Source: Bdellovibrionota bacterium (GTDB lineage: Bacteria > Bdellovibrionota_C > UBA2361 > OMII01). From it: DNA of 64,000 bases. Shown piece after piece: positions 37,469 through 47,765 of the stretch. The stretch spans positions 2,762 to 66,761 of the forward strand of contig JBIIEK010000001.1 in the NCBI GenBank assembly GCA_044237895.1, in the 5' to 3' direction. Numbering within the stretch: the stretch's first letter is position 1; each line of letters starts with the position of its first letter. Position numbers and translations under genes: made by a program. The notes under the pieces are model-generated. The model saw only the letters and a list, made by a program, of their open reading frames with translations. It ran no database searches and was not told where the DNA came from.

Positions 37469-38854
37469 ATGAACCTAAGTCCAGATATCTTCGCCTTTGC
37501 TTACCTTATCGCGACTATTCTCTTTATTTTCGGATTAAAAGGGCTAAGCCACCCAAAGACTGCGTTACGAGGCAATACACTCTCCATGGCCGGTATGGTG
37601 TTGGCGATCATCGTGACGCTCGTGCGTCCAGACGTGCAGAACTACGGAGTGATACTCGCGGGACTCCTCGCAGGTGCGGTGATTGGTATTCCAATAGCGA
37701 TGAGGATCAAGATGACCGCGATGCCACAACTTGTGGCCGCCCTTCACAGCTTCGTTGGACTTGCAGCCGTACTCGTAGCCGGGGGGACGTATCTGATGCA
37801 CGTACAAGAGGGGCACGTAACGCCCCTTCTCCTTGTTGAATTAGTTGTCGGAAGCGCTATCGGAGCGGTGACCTTTACCGGATCCCTGATCGCTTTCGGA
37901 AAGCTGCAGGCACTCCTAGGATCTGCGCCACTCGTATTCAAAGGACAGCACGTCTTTAACGCCCTGTTAATCGGGTCGATCCTTGTACTATCAGCGATGT
38001 TCGCAGTGAACCACAGCGTGCCACTCTTTGTGGCGGTCACATCGATCTCGCTCCTTTTAGGATTTCTCCTCGTTCTTCCGATCGGAGGCTCCGATATGCC
38101 GGTGGTAGTTTCGATGTTAAACTCGTATTCGGGATGGGCAGCATCGGCCACCGGATTCACCCTGAACAACCCACTCCTTATCGCGACAGGCGCACTTGTA
38201 GGATCGAGCGGAGCGATCCTCTCCTATATCATGTGCAAAGCGATGAATCGCTCCCTCTTAAATGTCATCCTTGGAGGATTCGGCACAACGACTGAGGCGG
38301 CAGCGGCCGACGGCACTCAGAAGGCGTGTCGTTCAGCGAGCACTGAGGACGCCGCTTTTATGTTTGAAAATGCATCAAGCTTAATTGTCGTTCCTGGGTA
38401 CGGGATGGCGGTAGCACAAGCTCAACACGCGGTGAAGGAGCTCTACGAACAGCTTCACCACAAGGGTGTAGATGTTAAATTCGCCATCCATCCCGTCGCG
38501 GGCAGAATGCCTGGACATATGAACGTTCTGCTCGCTGAGTCAGAGATCCCTTACGACTCGGTGTTAGAGCTAGAAGATGTGAATCCCGAGTTTGCGCGGG
38601 CAGATGCTGTTCTTATTATCGGCGCGAACGATGTCGTTAACCCAGCAGCTCGAACTAACAAGTCTAGTCCGCTGTATGGTATGCCGATCCTCGAAGCGTA
38701 TAAATCAAAGATGGTATACGTCATTAAACGCTCGATGAATCCCGGATACTCAGGGGTAGAGAATGACCTCTTCTATCTCGACAACTGTTCGCTCATCTTT
38801 GGAGACGCGAAGAAGGTCTGCGAAGGATTGGTCAACTGCCTCAAATCGGCGTAA
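37469..38854 (+). CDS. pntB: NAD(P) transhydrogenase subunit beta
   Basis: It has a polytopic N-terminal half. The dIII domain reads VPGYGMAVAQAQH...HPVAGRMPGHMNVLLAE...IGANDVVNPAA. Confidence 0.9.
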   Translation: MNLSPDIFAFAYLIATILFIFGLKGLSHPKTALRGNTLSMAGMVLAIIVTLVRPDVQNYGVILAGLLAGAVIGIPIAMRIKMTAMPQLVAALHSFVGLAAVLVAGGTYLMHVQEGHVTPLLLVELVVGSAIGAVTFTGSLIAFGKLQALLGSAPLVFKGQHVFNALLIGSILVLSAMFAVNHSVPLFVAVTSISLLLGFLLVLPIGGSDMPVVVSMLNSYSGWAASATGFTLNNPLLIATGALVGSSGAILSYIMCKAMNRSLLNVILGGFGTTTEAAAADGTQKACRSASTEDAAFMFENASSLIVVPGYGMAVAQAQHAVKELYEQLHHKGVDVKFAIHPVAGRMPGHMNVLLAESEIPYDSVLELEDVNPEFARADAVLIIGANDVVNPAARTNKSSPLYGMPILEAYKSKMVYVIKRSMNPGYSGVENDLFYLDNCSLIFGDAKKVCEGLVNCLKSA

Positions 38855-38953
38855 TACCTTCAAGACACGAAGATTCATGAAGAGGTTTCGGCGAAGCCAG
38901 CCAGAGGGGCAGCCAGTGCTTTAGGTAAAAGCACGCGGGCGACGCCACATGGC

Positions 38954-39745
38954 TTAGAAAAGACCCTTGGGACTTCTCGTCATGATATCAACGCCCGTAT
39001 CTGTCACGAGCACGGTGTGCTCCCACTGAGCAGAGAGTTTACCGTCAGCGGTTCTCACGGTCCATCCATCTAGCTTTGAGAGCGACGTTTTGTGAGTGCC
39101 CGCATTAATCATAGGCTCTATCGTAAAGGTCATTCCGGGCTTCATTATCTCTCCCGTTCCCTTTCGACCGACGTGAAGAACTTGCGGAGCCTCGTGAAAC
39201 TCACGTCCCAATCCGTGCCCCGTGTATTCACGGACGATACCATAACCACGATCAATACCACGGATGTATTCCTGAATGCCAAAACCGATATCACCGATCC
39301 GATTACCTGGCTTGACTTGTCGAATACCGGTCATGAGGGCTTCTCGCGTTACCCGAACAAGTTCGCGAGCATCCGGGGAACAGGCATCCTCGCCTCCAAC
39401 GAAATACATACGACTGGAGTCCCCATGAAATCCGTTCTTGTATGAAGTCACATCAACGTTAACGATATCTCCTGCTTGGAGGATAACGAACGGCGCGGGG
39501 ATCCCATGACAGATAACATCATTTGGAGAGACGCATACCGACTTCGGAAAGCCTTTGTAGTTAAGCGGCGATGGTATAGCTCCCAAATCGGTTGTTCGCC
39601 TGTGCACAAACGTGTTGATCTCCTCTGTGCTCATGCCAGGGCGAATGATCTCTCCTACCTCATCAAGGATCGTCGAGGTCACAGCACATGCCTCTCGCAT
39701 GAGAGCGATCTCTTCCTTATTCTTAATGGTAATCTTCTCTCCCAA
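38954..39745 (-). CDS. map: Type I methionine aminopeptidase
   Basis: NDVICHGIP...GDIVNVDV...GFHGDSS and HGLGREFHE...FTIEPMIN...EHTVLVT provide the metal-ligand pattern. Confidence 0.9.
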   Translation of the reverse strand: MGEKITIKNKEEIALMREACAVTSTILDEVGEIIRPGMSTEEINTFVHRRTTDLGAIPSPLNYKGFPKSVCVSPNDVICHGIPAPFVILQAGDIVNVDVTSYKNGFHGDSSRMYFVGGEDACSPDARELVRVTREALMTGIRQVKPGNRIGDIGFGIQEYIRGIDRGYGIVREYTGHGLGREFHEAPQVLHVGRKGTGEIMKPGMTFTIEPMINAGTHKTSLSKLDGWTVRTADGKLSAQWEHTVLVTDTGVDIMTRSPKGLF

Positions 39746-39753
39746 ATGAACTC

Positions 39754-40218
39754 CTACGGGGATGCTTTTGAAGCCAACTCTACTATTGTGTCGAAGTGCT
39801 TTTCAGAAACTGGAAGCACACTCAGCCTCGACCCCTTTTGAAGAAGGGCTAGACCAGCAAGTGTCGTACAGCTCCTTAGCTCATCCAAGGCTATCAGCCT
39901 GGACAACTTTCGCACAAACTTAAGGTCCGGGCAAAACCATCGCGGGGCCTCTTTTGTGGCTTTTGGATCAAAATACTCACTCTTCTTATCAAACTGAGTC
40001 GGATCAGGAGAGGCGACCGCACAGACTCGTGCAATGCCAACCACTCCCGATGGCTCAGCATTTGAGTGATAGATCAGCACCTCATCCCCTACCGCCATAG
40101 CTTTCAGGAAATTTCGTGCCTGATAGTTCCTTACGCAGGTCCAGTCGGTCACCTTATCCCGGGCAAGGTCATCGATAGAGTAAACGTCCGGTTCGGTCTT
40201 TACGAGCCATGTAGCCAT
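39754..40218 (-). CDS. EVE (PUA-like) domain protein
   Basis: WLVKTEPDVYSIDDL...TDWTCVRNYQARNFLKAMAVGDEVLIYHSN...GVVGIARV is a classic EVE domain. The start was set to ATG 40218. Confidence 0.8.
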   Translation of the reverse strand: MATWLVKTEPDVYSIDDLARDKVTDWTCVRNYQARNFLKAMAVGDEVLIYHSNAEPSGVVGIARVCAVASPDPTQFDKKSEYFDPKATKEAPRWFCPDLKFVRKLSRLIALDELRSCTTLAGLALLQKGSRLSVLPVSEKHFDTIVELASKASP

Positions 40219-40318
40219 CGGGGCGATTGTGATTCGGGAAGGAGAAAGTAGCAAGACCCACCTTCACAGACCGCTCTGGGCCCGTCAGAACCAGCACCGC
40301 CTCGAGCGGAAACGCCCC

Positions 40319-41065
40319 CTACATCTCTTGTCGTGACACAATCTCGCGAATCCCATCGAATCCTGGAGTGGGAAGCTTCACCTTAGCTATACGGCTTCCT
40401 ATCTGCGCGAGCGCATTTGCATCAGAGAAGGTAAAGAGCTGAAACTTCGTCTTCGGCCATCTCTTCTTGAAGAATTCGGTAGAATCCCCATACGCCAAAT
40501 CGAATGCCCTGAATCCATACTTCTCAACAAGCTCAGGAATGACGGACATCCGGTGAGGCGTCTTATCCAGCCGACTCGGAATAGCAATTCCGTTTAGATC
40601 GGCGATCGCCATAAGCAGCACGTCTAAAGATACTGGCAAAACGAATTCCGGATTCCCCCGAGCAGCTATCGGTATGGAGAGATCTCTCAGAAACTGTTCG
40701 ATCCGAGATCCGGTAACCGTCTCGGGGAAGAGGCACGAGATAGTTACATCCGAGCACGACCCAACGGTAGCTCGCACGCTCACACCTGGAATAACCGTGA
40801 GGGGAGAGCCCTTTGCGGCAGCAACCATGCGATCGATAAACTCGGCACTATAAAAATCGGTTATCGCGATTACGTCGAGCCCTTTAACTTTTGCGAGTCG
40901 AACGATAGCTGGAGCTGAATCAAGCCCCTCAACCCCGAGATAGCCCATCGAAGCGGGACTCTGGACTCGAAGGTCCATCACGTAACTCTTCTGCCGAGTG
41001 CGAGTCTTTTCAATCTGTCCTGAAAGAGGCGTTGTCGAAGAGGCTTCTTTCTTCTCAGTTGTCAT
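40319..41065 (-). CDS. PHP-domain-like protein with degenerate metal-binding motifs
   Basis: MDLRVQSPAS stands in place of DLHxHSxxS, and AITDFYS in place of AITDH. The overall length and pattern are PHP-like, but this is a weak call. Confidence 0.45.
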   Translation of the reverse strand: MTTEKKEASSTTPLSGQIEKTRTRQKSYVMDLRVQSPASMGYLGVEGLDSAPAIVRLAKVKGLDVIAITDFYSAEFIDRMVAAAKGSPLTVIPGVSVRATVGSCSDVTISCLFPETVTGSRIEQFLRDLSIPIAARGNPEFVLPVSLDVLLMAIADLNGIAIPSRLDKTPHRMSVIPELVEKYGFRAFDLAYGDSTEFFKKRWPKTKFQLFTFSDANALAQIGSRIAKVKLPTPGFDGIREIVSRQEM

Positions 41066-41083
41066 AGCTTACCCTCGTCTTGT

Positions 41084-41578
41084 TTATGACTCCGAACTCG
41101 ATTTGATACCCTCTCGTAATTTTCGGCTCTGCTCTTGTGCGGCCTCGCGGTCCGACCGCTCTTTGATTGGCCCCACCTCCGTTCCAACGACGTCGAGCAC
41201 CTCTCGCATCATGGATTTTATCGCGGCTACTTGAACCTCAACTCGCCCAATATCGCTCGCGGATGGTACAGAGCTGAACATCGAAAGGCATCGATCTACT
41301 TTAGTGAGAATAGCAGCGACCTTTGACGTTAGAAGATCAATGCGGCCCTCAAGCACGCGAAGATCGCTCGTCGAAGCGATACCCATCATACGAGCGACCG
41401 TTGCGGCGCTCACATCTACTCGGGGGCTATCTGGAATTGCCGATGCGCCGGAGAAAGACGCGGCGGCACGAGCATCTTCGGTCTTCGCGACATCGCTCTC
41501 GTTTGTGTCGTCTTTTGCAGCCGACGCCTCCTGAGTCTCTTGGCCTGTTGGTGCAGTTTCTGTCGTGTCTAAATCCAT
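41084..41578 (-). CDS. Hypothetical acidic/coiled-coil protein
   Basis: 165 aa counted from ATG 41578, which has GAGGAG 9 nt upstream. It is the first gene of an apparent minus-strand operon: hypothetical, PHP-like, EVE, map. Confidence 0.5.
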   Translation of the reverse strand: MDLDTTETAPTGQETQEASAAKDDTNESDVAKTEDARAAASFSGASAIPDSPRVDVSAATVARMMGIASTSDLRVLEGRIDLLTSKVAAILTKVDRCLSMFSSVPSASDIGRVEVQVAAIKSMMREVLDVVGTEVGPIKERSDREAAQEQSRKLREGIKSSSES

Positions 41579-41849
41579 ATCGAGATGCTCCTCGTAGGAG
41601 CGAGCCGCACATGATGTACGAATCACCCTCCAGTAGGACGGTTAGAGGTTTTGATGGCCCCCTTCCACAAACGGTTTTTTCCGTTACTCAGTGAAGATGA
41701 CCCCAAAGGCCAAAATGATTCAAAAACGTGCGAGAAAGACCCGCGCGCCCTTTTTCCACCCCAATAGATTGGGGATCTTCGCTTCATTTCTGCTTACGTT
41801 GCGGCCAGGGCATGAAAGGTCTGACGAGGGGGTATTTCGTCCCCCCTTG

Positions 41850-43244
41850 CTAGGTTTTGCGCTGACTCACATTGACACCGTTGACCGCTATCAACCCCTC
41901 GTCATCCCCCTCTCCATCAACGGGACGAGGAATCACCCGGACGGCCACCCGAGCGATGTGATGACGGCGAACCTCGAGAATAGTGCACTCTAGTCCTGAT
42001 AGCTCAAAGACCTCTCCCTGCTCTGGAAGTCGCCCGACCCCATCCAAGATGAATCCTGCGATCGTATCGAAACGCCCATCGGACGCATCGATTCCGAAGC
42101 TCTCTGGAAGTTCATCGACAGGGGCGCTTCCATCGATCACCCAGCGCCCCTCAGCCTCTTTCATAATCGGCTCACGGTCCGAGCCTACGTCAGTTTCATC
42201 AAATATCTCGCCAACGATCTGCTCAACGAGGTCCTCGAGGGTCACGATTCCACCAACACCTCCGTGCTCATCGAGGACCACAGCAAGGTGGATCCCCTTA
42301 GAACGAAGCTCGAAGAGAAGATCGTCCACTGGCTTGGTGTTCGGAACGATGTACGTTGGTCGCACAAGCAATCGCCACGCATGCGTGTCGCCAGACTTAG
42401 CTATAAATTGAAGAAGGTCCTTTGCAAGCACCATTCCTTTTACGTCATCAAGATCGCTACCGCACACCAAAACTCGAGAAACCGCCTCGCGAGAAAACAG
42501 CCCGATAATATCCTCTGTCGAGGCTGATTCTTTTGCCCAAACGATATCTTTACGCGGGGTCATAACCTCTCGCACTATCCGCTCAGAGAACTCCACCACC
42601 CCTTCGATAAGCCTCTGCTCGTTCTGCTCCAAAGAGCCGGCTTCCGTGCTGAATTTTACGATCTCGCTCAGGTCATCTGCCGTCACCGCTATGTCACGCT
42701 CCGTTGTCGGACGCACATCGAATCGAGCAAGCACCTTCGCAACCATGGTGTGAATAAAGAGCAGGATCGGAGCAACAAGAGCGCACGACATCGATAGCGG
42801 TAGCGCTACCAGACAGAGGGCTTTCTCTGGAAATTGGAGCGAGACCGCTTTTGCAATCTGCACCGTCACAAGCGTGCTCGCCATGAACACAATCGCGACC
42901 AGAGAGGCGACAGCTATTCCATAGTTTGAATAGTCACTCGCCGTATCATCCGAAAAGAGTCGCGCGATGTGTCCCGTGAAAAAAGCCAGGCAGAATCCAG
43001 CACCGACCGAAGAGCACAAGCGTCCCATCTGAGTGCAGAGGAGATACGAATCCGAACGTTCAACGATACGTTGCGCGGATGCGGCACCCAGAGCTTCTAA
43101 TTCAACAAGCTCCTCAAGACGGGCGACGCTACTCCGCACGATGGAGAGTGAGGCCACAATAAAGAAGACATAACTTGATGCCGCTATAAGGAGCGGAACC
43201 CCGAAATATATAACTGACCCGATGGTAGACGATTGGACGAGCAT
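41850..43244 (-). CDS. CNNM/TlyC/CorC-family transporter (DUF21 plus CBS pair plus CorC_HlyC)
   Basis: N-terminal TM helices are followed by VMTPRKDIVW...VSRVLVC...VKGMVLAKDLL...VVLDEHGGVGGIVTLEDLVEQIVGEIFDE. Confidence 0.9.
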   Translation of the reverse strand: MLVQSSTIGSVIYFGVPLLIAASSYVFFIVASLSIVRSSVARLEELVELEALGAASAQRIVERSDSYLLCTQMGRLCSSVGAGFCLAFFTGHIARLFSDDTASDYSNYGIAVASLVAIVFMASTLVTVQIAKAVSLQFPEKALCLVALPLSMSCALVAPILLFIHTMVAKVLARFDVRPTTERDIAVTADDLSEIVKFSTEAGSLEQNEQRLIEGVVEFSERIVREVMTPRKDIVWAKESASTEDIIGLFSREAVSRVLVCGSDLDDVKGMVLAKDLLQFIAKSGDTHAWRLLVRPTYIVPNTKPVDDLLFELRSKGIHLAVVLDEHGGVGGIVTLEDLVEQIVGEIFDETDVGSDREPIMKEAEGRWVIDGSAPVDELPESFGIDASDGRFDTIAGFILDGVGRLPEQGEVFELSGLECTILEVRRHHIARVAVRVIPRPVDGEGDDEGLIAVNGVNVSQRKT

Positions 43245-43718
43245 AGGGGGTTGTCAGGGCCTTAGAGCAAGTGGGTTGAGGCAACTACGGGGGTCCGACC
43301 CACGAACCAAGACCTAGACCTTCGACTGTCGTTACACGGCCCAATGAGGGTGTTGAGCCAGCCCCCGCGTACAAACGACCCCATGGCCGACTCACCGGGA
43401 ACTACTAAGGAAGATGCTTCGCAGGACCTGCAGGATGTACTCATACATTATCCTTCCATTGTCCGGCCCGGGGTTAGAGCTTGTCAACTTGAACCAATAT
43501 TGGCTTTTTATACTGTCATAACGGGCAGTTAGCGGAGCCAATTTCAAATGCACCATGCACTTTCCACTCGACTATCGCTGTTTCCAAATGCTCCCGCGTA
43601 TCGAACCTTCCGCTCTAACGCCACCTCAAGGGTCCTCAACCCAAACTCAACGCATAACGCGCAAGAAGGACGCTAAAACCACCTGGTGTGAAGGGGTTGA
43701 TACGACTACCTTACGGCT

Positions 43719-45911
43719 ATGACACCAACTCGAGAAATAATGTGGAATCTCAATACGCTGCCTAACGTTATAGCCCTCTATGGGCTGTTGGTGGTGGCGG
43801 TGATTATCGGAGCAAACGGGGTCCTGCAACGCACCCGCTTATGGAGGTCTGGCAAACCCGCGTCCGAGTACCTCGGTAGCTGGCTTTGGCGCCTCGACGA
43901 CATCATTCAACACGGGATGTTTCAGAGAAAGGTCGTGCGTGGCGCAAGCGGATCGGCGATAGCACACCTTTTGGTATACCTCGGATTCCTCGTTTTGACC
44001 TTTACTACCACGATGGTGTTCATCCATCACGATCTTGGGATTAAGATCTACCAAGGACAATTTTATCTTTGGGTCACAATTTTTAGCGACGTATTTGGCG
44101 CGCTTCTCCTCGGGGGCATTATTTATTTCGGATATCGCCGCTATATGGAGAATGCGGATGCCGTTCATAAAACGTGGAATGACGCCTTCATCCTCGTCAT
44201 GCTCGGAGTCCTTGTTGTACAGGGATATGCGCTGGAAGGGTTACGCATTCACGTCACCAACGACCCGTGGGCCCTCTACTCTCCGGTCGGATGGCTCGTT
44301 GCAAAATCAGTATGGTATATGCCGTCTGAGCAAGCCCGCATGGCTCACTTCGTCATCTGGTGGGTTCACACGCTCTCCGTGTACGCGTTCGTCGCTCTCT
44401 TTCCGTACACCAAATTCTTCCACATGCTTACCAGCCCCACGAACCTCTTCTTCTCGCGAACCTCTCGCCCGCGTGGCGCGCTTCCCTTCATCGGGGACAT
44501 AGAGAAGTTGATGGAAACCGGAGAAGAGTTCTCCCTTGGACTCGGAACCATTAAAGACTACACGTGGAAGAACCTTCTCGATCTCGACGCGTGCACGCAA
44601 TGTGGACGATGCCAAGAGGTCTGTCCCGCGTATCTGACGGGCAAACCACTTTCACCAAAATGGGTGATACTGGACACGAGGAACCACGCGCTCGCACTCC
44701 ACGCGCAGGGCAAACTAACTGATAGCAAGGGAGCCAACCCTGCGAGCGCACTCGACCGGTCATTAGTCTCGAACGTAACGCTCCCCTTCAATGCCCTTGA
44801 GCAAACAGAATCTGGCGCGTTTTCCGCCGCTGGCTCCTACCGCGCGCACAACCCTCTCGTGCAAGGCTCGGTGCGAGAGCTCGGAGCCGCAGCGGACGCG
44901 AAGATCGCCGGGGATGTTATCGATCCAAATGTATTTTGGAGCTGCAACACCTGCATGGCGTGCGTCGAGGCGTGTCCGGTTGGAATCAATCACGTCGACC
45001 AGATCGTGGGCAACAGACGACACCTGACCATGATGGAGGGGCAACTACCACACGAGGCACAGGGAACGCTCCGCTCCCTGGAGAGCCGAGCGAATCCATA
45101 CGGCCCCCCCGAAGACCGTGTGAAGTGGCTCGAAGGACTCGACGTCCGCCAACTACAATCCGGCGACAAAGTGGATTACCTCTACTGGGTAGGATGCGTA
45201 TCTGCGTACGACCCTCGTAAACAGAAGATCGCCAAGTCACTTGTTACGATAATGAATCGTGCGGGTCTCTCGTTCGGAGTTCTAGGATCGATGGAGGGAT
45301 GCACTGGAGATCCGGCCCGTCGGTTGGGGGAGGAGAACCTCTTCCAAACCCTCGCAAAGCAAAACATCGAACTGCTTAAGTCGGTGTCATTCAAGGTACT
45401 CGTCGCTAATTGCCCGCACTGTTTCAACACTATCAAGAACGAATATCCACAGTTCGGAAATCTTGGGGAGGGACAACAGCCAGAAATTATCCACCACTCG
45501 GTACTCCTTCGTCGACTGATCGAACAGGACAAGCTACCACTCAAGGAGGACGCGATGAAGGAGGTGACTTTTCATGATCCATGCTACCTCGGCCGCGTCA
45601 ACGATGAGTATGAGGCTCCACGAAAAACTCTTAAAGCGGTTAAAGGACTTACCATCATTGAGATGGAGCGCAGCAAAGAAAAGGGGCTCTGTTGCGGAGC
45701 TGGAGGTGGTCATTTCTGGATGGATCTTAAGATAGGTGAGCGAGTTAACTCTGTTCGAGCTGAAGAAGCCGCAAACACTGGCGCATCCACAGTAGCAACC
45801 GCTTGTCCTTTCTGTATGCAGATGATGGAAGATGGAGTTAAACTAACTAACAACGAGGCGAAACTCGATGTTCGAGACATCGCGGAGGTTATCGCGGAGA
45901 GACTTCAATGA
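43719..45911 (+). CDS. Membrane-bound Fe-S oxidoreductase: NarI/DsrM-like polytopic N-terminus fused to an HdrD/DsrK-like domain (2x[4Fe-4S] plus CCG domains)
   Basis: It has roughly 5-6 TM helices. The cluster motifs are CTQCGRCQEVCP and CNTCMACVEACP. CCG-type motifs are VGCVSAYD...NCPHC and DPCYLGR...LCCGAGGG...ACPFC. Its stop overlaps the downstream acyl-CoA dehydrogenase start (ATGA). Confidence 0.8.
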   Translation: MTPTREIMWNLNTLPNVIALYGLLVVAVIIGANGVLQRTRLWRSGKPASEYLGSWLWRLDDIIQHGMFQRKVVRGASGSAIAHLLVYLGFLVLTFTTTMVFIHHDLGIKIYQGQFYLWVTIFSDVFGALLLGGIIYFGYRRYMENADAVHKTWNDAFILVMLGVLVVQGYALEGLRIHVTNDPWALYSPVGWLVAKSVWYMPSEQARMAHFVIWWVHTLSVYAFVALFPYTKFFHMLTSPTNLFFSRTSRPRGALPFIGDIEKLMETGEEFSLGLGTIKDYTWKNLLDLDACTQCGRCQEVCPAYLTGKPLSPKWVILDTRNHALALHAQGKLTDSKGANPASALDRSLVSNVTLPFNALEQTESGAFSAAGSYRAHNPLVQGSVRELGAAADAKIAGDVIDPNVFWSCNTCMACVEACPVGINHVDQIVGNRRHLTMMEGQLPHEAQGTLRSLESRANPYGPPEDRVKWLEGLDVRQLQSGDKVDYLYWVGCVSAYDPRKQKIAKSLVTIMNRAGLSFGVLGSMEGCTGDPARRLGEENLFQTLAKQNIELLKSVSFKVLVANCPHCFNTIKNEYPQFGNLGEGQQPEIIHHSVLLRRLIEQDKLPLKEDAMKEVTFHDPCYLGRVNDEYEAPRKTLKAVKGLTIIEMERSKEKGLCCGAGGGHFWMDLKIGERVNSVRAEEAANTGASTVATACPFCMQMMEDGVKLTNNEAKLDVRDIAEVIAERLQ

Positions 45912-47056
45912 GAGCGCTCCCCTACTACGCCGAGCACGATGCCTTTGTTGATTCGGCAGCGAAGATCCTTCAGCAGGAACTAGCTCCCAAGATCACCGAC
46001 TGGGAACGAGCCAGTCATTTCCCCAACGACGTCTTCACTATTCTGGGCCAACAGGGTTTCCTCGGGCTTCTGATCTCAGAGAAGTATGGCGGCGTCGGCG
46101 GCGATTATAAGCTCGCTGGTGCGTGGTGTGAAGTTTTCGGAGAACTGCCCTCCGTTGGATTAACCGTCGCTGTGAATATGCACTCGCTCGTCATCAGCCA
46201 CGCGCTAGAGATCTACGGGACGGAAGAGGCAAAATCAAAGTGGCTTCCTAAGGCCGTTCTGGGCGAAGCGATCGGCGCATACGCCTTTACTGAACCAGGC
46301 GCAGGCAGCGACCTCGCGCACATACGAACAACCGCGACTCGGAAGGGAACGAAGTGGCTCATCAACGGCTCTAAGACATTTATCACTAATGGCGCTCGCG
46401 CTGATTACATCCTCGTCCTCACCAAGACAGATCCAAACGCAGGATACGGGGGATTCACAACATTCGTGGTCGATGCCAGATCGAAGGGATTTAAAGTTTC
46501 GCGAAAGCTCCACAAGCTAGGGTGGCATGCGTCTGATACCGCGGAACTTTTCTTCTCAGACGTAGAAGTCGACGATTCCTGTATCCTTGGGAAGATAGGC
46601 GAAGGATGGGCACAAGCAGCAGCAAACCTTAACTGGGAACGGCTCATGCTCACCCTCACATCACTGGCGGGAGCCCGAATGTGCCTTGAAGCATCGACAA
46701 AATACGGCCTTGAGAGAAAAGCTTTTGGAAGGTCAGTATCCGAGTTTCCCGCGATCGCAGGATATCTAAGAGATATGGAACGCAAGGTCCTCTTGGGCGA
46801 AGCACTTGCGCATCGAGCTTTGGACGAACTTTCGAATCACCGGGAGTGTCGCCTTCTCGTTGCCGCGGCGAAGCGCATGGTATGTGACGACGCGGTGTGG
46901 GTTGCCGACAAGGCGATTCAGATTCATGGCGGATACGGCTATACAACCGAATTCACACCGGAACGATGGTGGCGAGACTTACGACTTATGCCGATCGGAG
47001 GAGGCACGAGTGAGATAATGGGAGGCATTATTACCAAGGAGCTAGCACGAAGTTAG
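45908..47056 (+). CDS. Acyl-CoA dehydrogenase
   Basis: GAYAFTEPGAGSDL...NGSKTFITNG...IHGGYGYTTEFTPERWWRDLRLMPIGGGTSEI is a canonical ACAD sequence. Confidence 0.9.
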   Translation: MRALPYYAEHDAFVDSAAKILQQELAPKITDWERASHFPNDVFTILGQQGFLGLLISEKYGGVGGDYKLAGAWCEVFGELPSVGLTVAVNMHSLVISHALEIYGTEEAKSKWLPKAVLGEAIGAYAFTEPGAGSDLAHIRTTATRKGTKWLINGSKTFITNGARADYILVLTKTDPNAGYGGFTTFVVDARSKGFKVSRKLHKLGWHASDTAELFFSDVEVDDSCILGKIGEGWAQAAANLNWERLMLTLTSLAGARMCLEASTKYGLERKAFGRSVSEFPAIAGYLRDMERKVLLGEALAHRALDELSNHRECRLLVAAAKRMVCDDAVWVADKAIQIHGGYGYTTEFTPERWWRDLRLMPIGGGTSEIMGGIITKELARS

Positions 47057-47093
47057 CAAGCCTTATTGACCGGGCCGCCGCCGCAAAAAAAAC

Positions 47094-47735
47094 TTACCGC
47101 TGCCCGTCGACATCCATTTTCTTTTTAAGTTCTTGTAGAGCTATAAGCGTGGGCTTTCGCGTTCGCCCTCGGTCGATCCCCAGCTGAGCAGTTTCGTGCG
47201 CCGCAGTTTCTAAGCGCTCCGAGATTCTTCGCAAAATCTCATCAAAATCACCTTCCCAGAATTCTAGGGGAGCCCACTTTTGGTCAACGCGCTCGAGCAC
47301 GTATTCAGGCAGAGGAGTCCCACCTGCGAGAAGGAAGTCAACCAGGCTCAATGCATCAAGGTATTCCCCCTGACTTAACAAGGAGCACAGCTCAGCGTAA
47401 GCCCCGTCGAGCTCCTCAACGAACATCAGGGCTCGATACCAATTCCCCTCATTGAAGACGCTGACGTAGTCAGAGGTATACTGGTTCAGTAGCTCCACCC
47501 GATTCTTGTAATCGTCAAGAGCGAGCTCGAACTCCTCCGCGGCTCGATACGCGGAGCCACGATACCGAAGCTCAAGGAATCGGCGCAAAAGCCCCCCCAA
47601 ACGAGCGACAAAGCCGCGAACGACATACATCACTCCCACCGCAGCCAATAAGGCGCACAGGACGATGCTACCAGTCGTAAGCATAGAACCGCCGAAGAGG
47701 ATATCTTCCATGTTGGTATAGTCGGCAGGTATCAC
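47094..47735 (-). CDS. Hypothetical membrane-anchored protein
   Basis: It has a single N-terminal TM helix (LTTGSIVLCALLAAVGVMYVV) followed by a helical cytoplasmic region. No motif was recognised. Confidence 0.5.
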   Translation of the reverse strand: MIPADYTNMEDILFGGSMLTTGSIVLCALLAAVGVMYVVRGFVARLGGLLRRFLELRYRGSAYRAAEEFELALDDYKNRVELLNQYTSDYVSVFNEGNWYRALMFVEELDGAYAELCSLLSQGEYLDALSLVDFLLAGGTPLPEYVLERVDQKWAPLEFWEGDFDEILRRISERLETAAHETAQLGIDRGRTRKPTLIALQELKKKMDVDGQR

Positions 47736-47765
47736 TCCGGCCTAAAGGACGCTTTTTAAAACACG

